Source of the DNA: Utricularia gibba
Lineage: Eukaryota; Plantae; Magnoliophyta
Direction of reading: 5' to 3'
DNA length: 64,000 bases
Assembly: GCA_002189035.1 (NCBI GenBank)
Contig: CM007991.1
Coordinates: forward strand, 1 to 64,000
Made by a program: the position numbers and the translations under genes
The notes under the pieces: generated by a model
Databases searched by the model: none
What the model was told of the DNA's origin: nothing
Seen by the model: the letters and a program-made list of their open reading frames with translations, nothing else
Part shown: in pieces, positions 38,847-49,716 of the stretch
Layout: every line of letters begins with the position of its first letter
Numbering within the stretch: the first letter of the stretch is position 1

Positions 38847-39278
38847 TCAATCCAAGCCCGGTGGTGGAACAGTTTTGGGGAGATCCAGCGTGCCCTTAGC
38901 ATACCTTGAAGAGAAATTCCGAGAGTAGTACCCATCATCCGACTCCTCGTTCAAATTCCCATACCCTTCATCGAAATTCATGGCGTAACTCAAGGGATCG
39001 TACTGGTAGTTCGTGTTCTTTCCAGCACCGCCGCGGTTCCGATTGAACCGCCGGATGAAGGTCTTCCACCGGGGACCCGCCAGCAACTCAGACCACTCAC
39101 GGATCTTCTTCAGCGCGTCTACTCCACGTTCACAGAGCGCGTCTCCCCTGCACCACGAAGACGTCTCCTCCCCTTTCCCCGAGGAATCCGCCGTTGATTG
39201 GAAGCAGGGCAAGAAGAAGCAGCCACGGCGACGGATGTGGAAGAGCGCCTCCGACGCTGCTTGGTCGTTCGGATCCAT
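38847..39278 (-). CDS. Uncharacterised conserved plant protein (REWSELLAGPRWKTFIRRF / YDPLSYAMNFDEG family), single exon
   Basis: ATG at 39278 (MDPNDQ...), with motifs KKIREWSELLAGPRWKTFIRRF, YQYDPLSYAMNFDEG and FSSRYA typical of this small family. Confidence 0.88.
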   Translation of the reverse strand: MDPNDQAASEALFHIRRRGCFFLPCFQSTADSSGKGEETSSWCRGDALCERGVDALKKIREWSELLAGPRWKTFIRRFNRNRGGAGKNTNYQYDPLSYAMNFDEGYGNLNEESDDGYYSRNFSSRYAKGTLDLPKTVPPPGLD

Positions 39279-40374
39279 AGCTTGGCGCGTGAAAGACAGA
39301 CAAACCCAGATCTTCTTGTTTACCCCCACTTCAATCTCCCACCCACACACACAAGGCCATCAATCTACATACACACGTATAAATGAAATACAAGAGAGTG
39401 AGATGACGCAGACCCAAATGGAAATGGGAAGACAATTCAAAGTCATGGACGAAGAAAAGGTCGATGGAATGCCACTTCCTTGAGCGGAAAATTAACCGCC
39501 GCAACGCAACGCGCAGGGAGATGAGATACAACTACGTAGAGGAGGGGAAGCAGATTCATTCATTCACCGGGGCGAATATAATAACGCCATTCCCAAATCC
39601 CAACACAACTCTTTTTTTTCTTTTCTTTCTCCTACATTTCCGATTTTAACCTTGCGATATTTTGACGGGCGGGTCAAGATAGAGGGGAGGGTGATGTAGA
39701 CGCCCTCCCCTAAAAAAAATAAAGAAAAGAAAAGAAAATGACAAATCGGCATTTAAAATTCACTAGTTGGACCAAAATAGATTGGAGGGCGGAGGGCGGA
39801 GGGCGGCATTGCCGTGCATGCACGCTATGCTATGCTCGATCATATTTCCAATCCCAGCAGGCAGCAGAAGGAGTATTATCTTCAAAAACGTTGATTCCCT
39901 CCCTCCCTCCTCCTCCTCTTGCCGATGAGAGGGGATGGGATGGGATGGGATGGAGAACAGCAGGCAGCAGACTCTTGTTGACAAGAACCCTCTAGTGGAC
40001 CTCCTTTTTCTCCGTCTCGTCTCCGATAGTATGTATATTTGCGTGGATTCAATAATCACTCTATCCAGACCTACACCTTCCCCATTTGAGGATAAGATAA
40101 ATAAAGCACTCCAGTCTACCTCTATCACTTGGGGGGGGGGGGGGGGGGATGGGGAAAAAGCAATCTCAAAAATCCGGTTTCTAGCTGAATATTCGGGCTA
40201 TCCATAGATCCGGATCCCCTAAGCTATACGTAAATCGGAATTCCATCCAATACAAAACACCCATGTTGATTCTCCCGGTTAGGGAGCGTCGGCTTTTCCA
40301 GGCCTCGTCCGTTCTCCTCCTACTTTCCAACTTGCGCTGTAGTAATAAAAAAAAAAAAAAGTGAGATAACAACG

Positions 40375-41529
40375 ATGCCGGGTCCGGGCCCGCACCTGAT
40401 CTACGCGCTGGGTTCGGGACTGACCCTGATGTCGCTTTCCGGCGCTCGGTTCGGGCCTCACCACTGTCTCGTTTACGCAATCAACGCCTTCTTCGGCCCA
40501 GATGTCGGCTCCTTCGTCGAATGGCGGCTGATTTCTCGGATCCTCCGTCGAGAAGTGGATCCACGTTCCCCTTTACTCTACTCCGCCGCCTCAAGATTGC
40601 TTGTGTCCAGAGAAATTATCGATTCCTTTTCCGGGGTAACTTGTAAAAAGATCAAATTTTTATCTCTAAAACTAGTTTCGAACTCGTGTGTGTGTGTGTG
40701 TGTGTGTGTGTTTTTTTTTTTTCTCAATCTGTGGATTGAACGACTTCCTAGGTCAGGTTACGCTATTTTAGAGACTTCGTTGAAATCTGGGTCAGTTTCT
40801 CAACTCCTGTTGTCGGCAGGTGCCCCTTAACAAAGGACGGTGCTTCTTGCTGGTCGCTGCAGGCTCATTATCCCATTTTTTCCTCGACCATTTGTCAGGG
40901 GTAAATGCTTCAGCAGTCCTCATTAACAAAACAAGCAGGATTCCCCTGGCTGATGTGAGTTCTTGTTCAGGGAAATAGGAAAATGGTCATTCTTCATGTA
41001 TACCTGGATTCTGAGCACCGGCTGGTGGGAAACAAGCGCTTCCATTGACCCAGATTCAGTTATCGTCATCGGCCTTCTCTGCACGATCTTGCTCGCGGGT
41101 TTCGGTTACATCTACAGGTACGTGATGTTGTCCTTTGATTCTGTTTCTCTAAGCCAACAAGGAGCAGCCGGCATGTGCAAATTTCGAGTTTTATCGAACA
41201 GATTCAAGGCTGCGAAATTGCCGACGCGGAAAGGGCTGCATCGGAAATCGTTGCTTCTGATTCTTGGGGTCGGGATCCTTTACTGCTCGTGGTGTGTGAC
41301 TCCGGTTTATTTGGCGAGTCCTCGCAGGCCGGCCGTCGGAGAAGAAGCTGATCTCGGAGTTCTTGTGTTTCTCGCTGTATTCTTCTTCCTTCCCAATTGC
41401 CTCTGCGTCCTGTCCATGAACATGAATGCCGATAGCGGTGCTCAAGAAACTCACTCGCCGTCGCGGTCCACAGATGATTTGTTATTGCCGACTGTAATCG
41501 AGTCTCGAGGCCCAATTCCGTATTATTAA
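40375..41529 (+). pseudogene. Conserved plant membrane protein of unknown function (putative metal-dependent hydrolase-like), apparently damaged
   Basis: MPGPGPHLIY...RFGPHH...INAFFGPDVGSF, GSLSHFFLDH, MYTWILSTGWWE and RRPAVGEEADLGVLVFL. Exon 1 lacks the segment I recall as HHP-containing, and there is a frameshift at ~40996. Confidence 0.65.
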
Positions 41530-42849
41530 TGGGCCTTTAGGCCCATTAACTGTATTGATTTTTTAAAAATGGGATTGAAGCCCAGCTCAGAAATGAAAAT
41601 ACCAAATGAAGCGACTATCGGCACGAAATTAGGTTCGATGGATGTTGAGTATTTTACAGCCCCTATGTTGTTTTCTAATCATCGGTAATGATATGTAGAC
41701 ATATCGGTGTTTGATGTTAATTTTCTTCAGTTTGTTTCAATATTTTGTGTAGCTTAATTGCCTCATGATTTTCTAGCTCATTCTCTTTCACAGAAGACAA
41801 AGGCATGGAGAGAGGAGAACCTGGAGCAAGAGGGATATTTTATGGGCTACTGTCGATGGTGTGAAGCAGAAGAGCTAATTTCACCCGAGAATCATTTTCT
41901 TTGTTGGGCTTTTTCTGTAATGGGATGCTCATCGACCTGCATCCTAAATCATGATGACGTTAATGGGAAACTTACATATGTTTCTTTGAAGCTCCACCAA
42001 GAATCTCTACACGTAACCATCTACTATCATTCGTTTATGGGCTGGACTGCCCACATGAGTCTTAACCTATTGTTGAAAGCTGAATGGAGAAGCAAGAGCT
42101 GGTTTATCTTTCATCTGCGCCAGGATATCTGTCTCTTCTCATTATTAATTCCTTGGAAGTGTATCATTTCTATGCTTCTTATGATCTCTCACTTCACGTA
42201 TTAGTCATGAAGCTGTTTGCTCTTCTGTTAATGGGCTGCTCATGAATTCGATAGTGGAAGAGGGACGTGTTGATGTCTGTCTTCCTCGTTCTTTCTTGGA
42301 CATGAAGCACCGTACAGCGAAAGCTATAGACTTTGTAGAGGGTGACCTACAGGGAGGGAGCAGACAAACAAGGAGACTGGATTTGCTACACACAGGTTGA
42401 AGTTGAATCAGCACGGAGGATCTTTAAGATATGGCCTGGGAGAAAGCGAGAAGATGAGTGGGAAGTGACGCAACACGCTTAATGGTTGGTCACTTTGATC
42501 CTTTGCGCTTATTTTGTCCCTGTTTCATTCGTCTTTACAAAAAGAAGAAAACTTTAATCCGCCTTCGAAGAAATGTGGACTGACCCGACCCGTGAAGATT
42601 TCAATCTTACAACGGACTGGATTCCCCTATGACGCCCGGGGCAGTTTGAATGCTGAAAGGAAAATTGATTTCACTCACGTCGTTGGAATTCAAAAGAGGC
42701 CTGCGCCAGGGCTCGCATCCTTGTCAAGCCTTATAATTGTCTACTGTTCATTCGTCACTTCCCATTATGAAAGCTTCGTCATCTTCACTGAACCATATAT
42801 AGCGTGTCCACTGTCCATAGGTGAGGCTTTCAATTCCCTTCCGTCTGAG

Positions 42850-44127
42850 ATGGAGAACCCAGAGCCCAGTGATCAAACCAAGAAGACTCTGCAAAGGAAT
42901 AGCAACAGCCACATATCAATTTCCGACACCGATTCAACCCTAGCTTCCCCGATGGTTGGCACTCCCTTCCACCTTCGGACTCGCCGCTTCAATTCGATGA
43001 CCCCTGTTTTTACCCAGAAAACGGTGTGGTGGGTAATAAGAGCGGCAAAGCACTTGCTTCAGCTACAGATAAATTCTTTTCGCTACTACCCTCTCCTAGA
43101 AAACTTAAAGAGTGGAGTCTATGGCCGCAATTCGAGAAAGCCCCATCGAGAAAAGAGAGTATGCCGGCGGGTGGTGCGCCGGCAGCAGAGAGTAAAAATA
43201 AAAAAGAGAATCATGATTTGGCGGTGAAGGTTGATCCGCCCTTGGTTTTGAGTGTTAATAAATTGGTGCAGGCCGAGCCGGCGCAGGTAGTGAAGAAAGT
43301 GGAGGTGCCTGTTGGCGACGGCGGTGGGGTGCTGCAGGAGCACGACGCCAGAGGAAGGGACGAGGAACTTGGTGGCGATGATCCGAGATTCGGAGTGTCT
43401 AAGGGGGTGTTTCGATGATGACTGCTGCTTTGACGTTTCGGGTACTTTCGGGGATCATATGTTTGATTTCTTTTTCCGTTATGGCTGCTGACAGAACTCA
43501 GGGCTGGACTGGTGATTCCTTCGATCGATACATTGAATACAGGTATTATTATACTTTTGAAGCCCATTTTCACTGCTCGGCTTAGATTAGATTGCCAAAC
43601 GAAAAGGGAATTTATTCCGGACTCGAGTTGCGTACAAGTTGTTGTCTTTGAGCCTGTTATGTGTGCAGAGAAGGCTAATGAGTTTGGTCTGGCAGATTCT
43701 GTGTAGCTGTCAACGTTGTCGGATTTGCATACTCGGGGTTTCAAGCTTTGGATCTGGGATCCCAGTTTGGGACTGAGAAGCACACGCCCCACCGTTGGCG
43801 CTGCTGCTTCGATTTCTGTATGGATCAGGCGAGCATTTTACCCTTGCAACAAGGACTGGATTCTCGTGCAGTATACGCATTGGCTCTTGAGCATTCTCCT
43901 GCTGATGCCACACGTTGTTTTTTTGAACACAGATGCTGTCATACCTTCTAGTGTCTGCATCATCATCAGCTGCTACGAGAGTCAACGAATGGATTCTGAA
44001 CTGGGGGAGAGACCAATTCACGACAATGGCTAGCGCATCCATTGCCCTGTCCTTCCTGGCATTCATCGGCTTCGCATTTAGCACTCTCATATCCGGTTAC
44101 AACCTCCGCTACTGCGACTCACGGTAG
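42850..44127 (+). CDS. CASPL4A: CASP-like protein 4A with a long N-terminal extension, 3 exons, two apparent -1 frameshifts
   Basis: NSNSHISISDT...; CLISFSVMAADRTQGWTGDSFDRYIEYR|FCVAVNVVGFAYSGFQ...FDFCMDQ|MLSYLLVSASSSAATRVNEWILNWGRDQFTTMASASIALSFLAF. The frame is restored by +1 at 42947-42950 and at 43403-43407. Confidence 0.9.
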
Positions 44128-44575
44128 CAAATGCCAACCTCACTGCTCTCTCTCTCTCTGTCTCTCTACTTTTACCAAGTTTGCGTATGTATACAAGACG
44201 CCAAACCATTTCGTTTCTACTTTCACCGTGTTTTATAATACCAAATATTATACTTATAAGTTCTATTTTACCAACTTCCCTTTACATACGTAGTTTAGAC
44301 GAGTCCACGCAGATGGCCCTATGCCCCAGATCCATTGAGCCATGCTCCATGGATCAAAACCGTCATGGGCCTTAAAAATTCACCGGCAAAAGAAGGCCAG
44401 GAACAAGCAAAATCAAGAAAAAAATTTAAAATGAATTTTCAAAGCAAATGCAGTAGTATAACCTTTTGTACTGAGGATCACAATCTGCGGTTGGGTCCAC
44501 TAAAAATAACGAATCCTGACCGCCCAATTTTTCGCCGCCGTACGAGGATTCCGTTTCCCACCTTTTCGGTAACGC

Positions 44576-45172
44576 CTAAGGCCGGCGGCGCATTGGCTTA
44601 CTGGCCCCGATGAAAACGACACCGCCTTCGCTCACATCGCTGTGACTTCGGTGGAGAAATTCCTTCACTTTGAGTCTCCACCTCTTACACCGAGCCACGG
44701 CAGGCACTTTCGGTCGCCAGAAGCAGGACGTATCGGCCGGCACGCCGTCAAGGTCATCGGTCTCCGACGATGAGCACGAGGACGTCATCGTCGTCTCCCT
44801 CTCATCAATAAACAGTTTCCTCAACGGATGGCGGCGAATCGGCTCCCGAGGTTTATCCTCATGTGATATTGCTAATCCATTGCCGCCGCGAAACGCCTCC
44901 CCTGTTTCCACAATTTCCGTTAACAAATTCTTGCCGAAAACTGGATAAATCGGCCTGAATCTCGCCAAATCCCTAGCCACGATACCGAATTCGAATTCCA
45001 CCGCATTATCTTCCTCGACCACCACGCGATCGGCGATTTTAAGAAATCCTGTGTTGGAGTAGCTGTTGAAGCTAGGAGACCTCGCCGCCGCCAAACCGCC
45101 GTCCATTTGGCCTCTCGCCTCCCGGAAAACTACCTTCCGTTGGGAATCCTGTATGTGTGTGTCACATGTCAT
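44576..45172 (-). CDS. DUF1645 family protein, single exon, possibly C-terminally shortened
   Basis: SPSFNSYS...IADRVV, EFEF, IYPVF, PLRKLFIDER, SSSETDDLDGVP...FWRP and RSHSD. ATG at 45172. Confidence 0.82.
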   Translation of the reverse strand: MTCDTHIQDSQRKVVFREARGQMDGGLAAARSPSFNSYSNTGFLKIADRVVVEEDNAVEFEFGIVARDLARFRPIYPVFGKNLLTEIVETGEAFRGGNGLAISHEDKPREPIRRHPLRKLFIDERETTMTSSCSSSETDDLDGVPADTSCFWRPKVPAVARCKRWRLKVKEFLHRSHSDVSEGGVVFIGASKPMRRRP

Positions 45173-45544
45173 TGGGGGCGGACGAGGCTTTATTGATATA
45201 TAGCTCCGGGTGACGGCAGCTAGGCGAGGTATAGGCGCCACGAATACATATATTCCTGTGCGGCAAGGTTCACGTAGACCCCCGTAGGGTGGCGGCATTT
45301 AAAATTGATTATGGGAAAATAGTGGGGGTTTTCCATATGGGGACCACTACAATAGCGTGGTTTTAAATGTTAATTATGATTAAAAAAGGATTAGTGAACT
45401 GTCATATGACTTAATTCCATTATCACCTGTCATAGTAGACGCTTGCGCGCCAATGATGTAGCCCTTACCTATTCTGATCACCCAGTTGTCATGAATCTAC
45501 ACGTATTAGCCTGCGATTATTGGCGAATGTGGGTGTTATCTCAC

Positions 45545-46260
45545 CTAAACGCTAAAAAGACACCTACAGTCTTCAAACTCATGACGCGAGATTGGAGTGC
45601 CTTTGAGAGCGTTCCCTGTTCTTCTCACCTCATTCCTCCACTGAGATTTCTTGTGTAATAAACCACGCAGCGCTTGTGGTGAATCAAATGCATTCATTGC
45701 CTGACATGTGCAGACGAGTTTCAGTTTTTGTTCGTGTTCTCCCAAGGGACATTCACCTGCGTAACGAAAGAATGCACCACTCCGCGACGCAAAAGTTCAA
45801 GTTGTTCAACTACTAACCAGGTTAGGTGTTTGAGGGTAGACTGGATTCTCAACTACTCAATCCAGCATTTGCTGCTTCTGATAATGACGCACTTTCCGTG
45901 TTTCGTTCTGTTCAGTAGCAAGCTGTTCTTTTTCTGAGCGTTGGTGCTGAGGATTTAAGAACGGAAGAAAACAGGTCAAGTCTTTCCATGGACTTCAATG
46001 GGAGGGAGCAGGACTGTGAAGAGAAGATGAGTACCTCGCCCACAAAAGACGCTTCAGCAGTGTGTTTTTTGCAACAAGATCCTTCATTTACTTCGCATCC
46101 GCATACTCTCGGTCTTGGGGATCCAACTACGGCATACAATTTTCCGTTTAGGGATGCTGGAATGGCCATCCAACATTTCATATGGCCACGCGCACCCTAG
46201 CAACCTTCGGCTGAGGGCATTCCCTGGAACCAGTTTCGCATGCTTCCCTTGCATACTCCC
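45545..46260 (-). pseudogene. Highly degenerate C2H2 (QALGGH-type, ZAT9-like) zinc-finger gene remnant
   Basis: In gene order: GARGHMKCWMAIP (~GRALGGHMRSHM), LDPQDRE, FDSPQALRGLLHKK (~FxSxQALGGHRASHKK) and RHEFEDCRCLF (~HECxxCxRxF). Many stops and frame changes. Confidence 0.4.
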
Positions 46261-47214
46261 AGGGGGGGTGCGGGCATTCTTCCCATCATCAGCGAGAGGG
46301 ACCTCGTCTGGTTTATACCGTCACGACCTAACTTGGCATTATCCATTTCCACCATGGCAGCTTATGGACTAAGTAATGGGGATGAAGTGTAAGCTTTTCA
46401 CGTCTCCTTAGTGACCAGAAGCAGGATTAGGAGAAGCGTCTGTAACAACCGGTGCTAAGTTGTCAACATACATTGTCCGAGTGTTCTCTCTTCAAATGCA
46501 GGATACTCTTCTTCTCCTTCTTCTTCAGTCATGGTGCTCTTGTATAACAAGTGCGCCTGGATATTGTGTTTGAATCACCATACAGCATTCAACTCATAGC
46601 ACATCTCCCATATTTTAATACTAGCAACACACATTCATCTGAGCTGCATAAGTAGAATTCCCACAAACATGCCTTAATCATCATATACTCCACATATCTC
46701 AAAAACCGCCACACCCCACATCTCCCATTCTCATTCTAATCCGAAATCTGGCGAATGGAGCAATTCCTCTTCTCATTCGAAAAAAAATGGCAAGCGACCA
46801 GCAAAATGTAAAACCAATAATATGGAGAATTTCAGCATACATTCCCGCCCCTGACATAAACCTACAGCCAATAAATTAAAGGACAGCAATTTGAACCCGG
46901 AACCGCTGCCGGAAACCGACTCACGGAGTCTCGGTGCTCCGCCGGCGACGTGCAAGATCGCGAAAATGAAAATTCCTCTTGCGGAGAATTCCCACAAAAG
47001 ACCACCGCCATAAATTATGTAAAATGGAATTGCTTGTGGTGAATAATAATTGGCGGAAAAATCACGACCTCTTTTTTAAAAATTATTTTTATTATAAATA
47101 ATAGAATTGGGAAATCGAAAACCGCCTTAGGTTTGTTTGGAGATAAGAACAGAATCCAATTCCCGAAAAATTGGAAATAAAAATTGCGGCCAAGTTCATT
47201 GTATTCAATCGGAA

Positions 47215-48445
47215 ATGTTGAGGCAAGCCGCGTCGAAGATTCTGGTCAATAGGCTGCGCTTCTCCTCGGCGCCTCCGGTGAGGCTGTACCACGAGAGGGT
47301 TGTGGATCATTACGACAACCCCAGAAACGTCGGTTCGTTCGACAAGAACGACCCGAATGTCGGTACGGGTCTTGTCGGTGCTCCGGCCTGCGGTGATGTT
47401 ATGAAATTGCAGATTAGGGTTGATGAGGAGAGCGGCAAGATTATTGATGCGTGCTTCAAGACTTTTGGTTGCGGTTCCGCTATAGCTTCTTCCTCTGTAG
47501 GTGAGAGACTAATTGGAATTAATCAAGATTTGATCTTGTAGTTAGATGTAAAATCATTTTATTTACTCTTTTTAAAAAAAATGGTATCATGGTTCCCGTT
47601 CTTCATTTGACGTTAAGCGTAGGGGAAGACTTGAATTCAGCAATTCTTGGTGTGCTGAGTGAGGAATTTATCAGATTATCAATCCTAGCTTCGGTCATTT
47701 TCTCGACTGTTGCATTTTTTAATTATCTAGCTATTGTTTCTGTTGTTTCCATTGGTTGAAATGATTAATCAAACAATGATGCGTTGATTAGTTTGAGTTT
47801 GGGTTCGCACCACAATTTTGTGTTGCTAAGATGATGGTTGTTCTCTTTCAGCTACTGAATGGGTGAAGGGAAAACAAATGGAGGAAGTCCTCTCTATCAA
47901 GAATACGTAAGCCAATCATCAATCTTGTTTTCTGCTTTATCAAAAGTTCAATATGCACATCTTATGGCATGGTGGATATCTGATTGTGGTCTTGTTAGTC
48001 TTGTGTATGCGTAATATCTTGCGTTACTTACTCATTCCTTGTGGTGGTTGTCTATGGATAATCATCACATACTTCAGTTGTGCATTTATTTTGTTGTCAT
48101 CTTGCGCTTTCGTTCTCGTAGCTGGCTCAAGTGCGTATGATGACTGTTGAATAAATGAATGCAGTAAGTTTGAGGGAATCTGTTCGAGACCCCCACATAG
48201 TGCACTCTGCATACATTGGCTTGATCTTACCTTTCTAATTCTACTTTCTCTGTTTTGATGCCGGACCCATGGTCTCAAATTGCAGTGAAATAGCGAAGCA
48301 CCTTTCTCTACCCCCAGTAAAACTCCATTGCAGCATGCTCGCTGAGGATGCAATCAAGGCCGCTGTCAAAGATTACCACTCCAAGCGCGCAAAGTCCAAT
48401 GTGAAGGGTGACTCTTCACATTTGGAGAAGGCTGCGGATGCTTGA
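47215..48445 (+). CDS. ISU1: Mitochondrial iron-sulfur cluster scaffold IscU/ISU, 3 exons
   Basis: Transit peptide, then YHERVVDHYDNPRNVGS...GAPACGDVMKLQI...FKTFGCGSAIASSSV|ATEWVKG...|EIAKHLSLPPVKLHCSMLAEDAIKAA. Confidence 0.97.
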
Positions 48446-48663
48446 TTCTGCTGCAGCAGCTGCCACTCGCTTCTGATGCTTGCACTTGTTACAATAATGG
48501 TACTACTACAAGTGTTGTGTACGTTGCAAACTGAGTCGTGTATAGGTAGGATTTTGGCCAAGGAGTTGTTGGTTTGCTCCCTCCTGAACATTTGTAGGCA
48601 TTCTATCGAATGCCGTCGATTTGGCGCCTCCCTCCGTCCGGAGATAATTGTCTCGGTTCGATA

Positions 48664-48711
48664 TGGGCCAGGCCCATTCGTTTCCAATTTGATTTAAAAT
48701 CCTATGGCCCA
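48664..48711 (+). promoter_or_regulatory. Cluster of site II (TGGGCY) elements upstream of the PWWP gene
   Basis: TGGGCC at 48664, and GGCCCA at 48671 and 48706. Confidence 0.5.
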
Positions 48712-49716
48712 ATTACTGAAGCTAGCGAAAGAGGTTCTGAGTACACGCGCAACTGGGCGCTTCTACGTCTCACGCGCCTAAGTCCTTGCTTCTCTAGCTT
48801 CCAATGGGCAACGAGCGTCTGCGATTTCAACGCTATTTTTCTACTTAACATTTCCGTTTGCGGGTAGTTCTTTCGTGATCGGCTTCGTGAAGAATTTTTC
48901 TATTGCTGTGATATAATTGCTGTGTTATGTCATGGATTTCCTGTTATTGACCAGAACGTAATCTGCTGCAACTCCTTTATGAAATACTAGTTTTTGACAT
49001 GAAATGCACTAGCGGAAACTTAGTTTTGAACGCCAGTCCTCTCTTACTAATCACCCACCTTGTGACGTATTACTTATGCAGATCGGGAATGCTATGTAGA
49101 TCACCTGTAATACCCACCCGAAAATCGGTTCTTTCAGAATTCAGGTGCTTTCCTGCGCCCTTTCTTGCTATATTTCTCCTTAACATTCGGCGCTTTCTCT
49201 GCAATGCTGTGTGCATTTGAGGGTTTTAAGAAAAAATTGAGATTTTTATTTTTTCTTCAATTGTTTGCAGATCTTCTACTCGAAGTTCAATTTCCAAGGA
49301 AAAACCCGAGTTCGGGTTTTCCTTGCTGCTGATTATTCAATTGGTTAATGAGCAGAGGTGTACCATTTATGCGGCATTGTCAAATAGATTTAAGATGTTA
49401 TAAAATCCTACAGCTTTACACTTTGTGTGTAGTTATTTCTTTTTTGGTAATGTTAAAAGTTTTGGGGATCTTGAGGTTTGTTTTCAGTTTGTGTGAATGC
49501 ATTCAGTTTTGGATTGTTTCTTTTTTTCATGACTATTTACGGTTGATGCTTGATAAGCTCTTTTGTCGAGTGTGCGACCTTTCTCTCGCGTTTGTTAAAA
49601 TAGCCCTCAGATGCTCAATGAAGATTTTCATATTGGTATTGAAACAGACCCCCGCTGAAATGGTGCTCAACTGCATTGTCTGCTTGTAGTTCAAGTGGGA
49701 AATTTTGTAGAGAATC

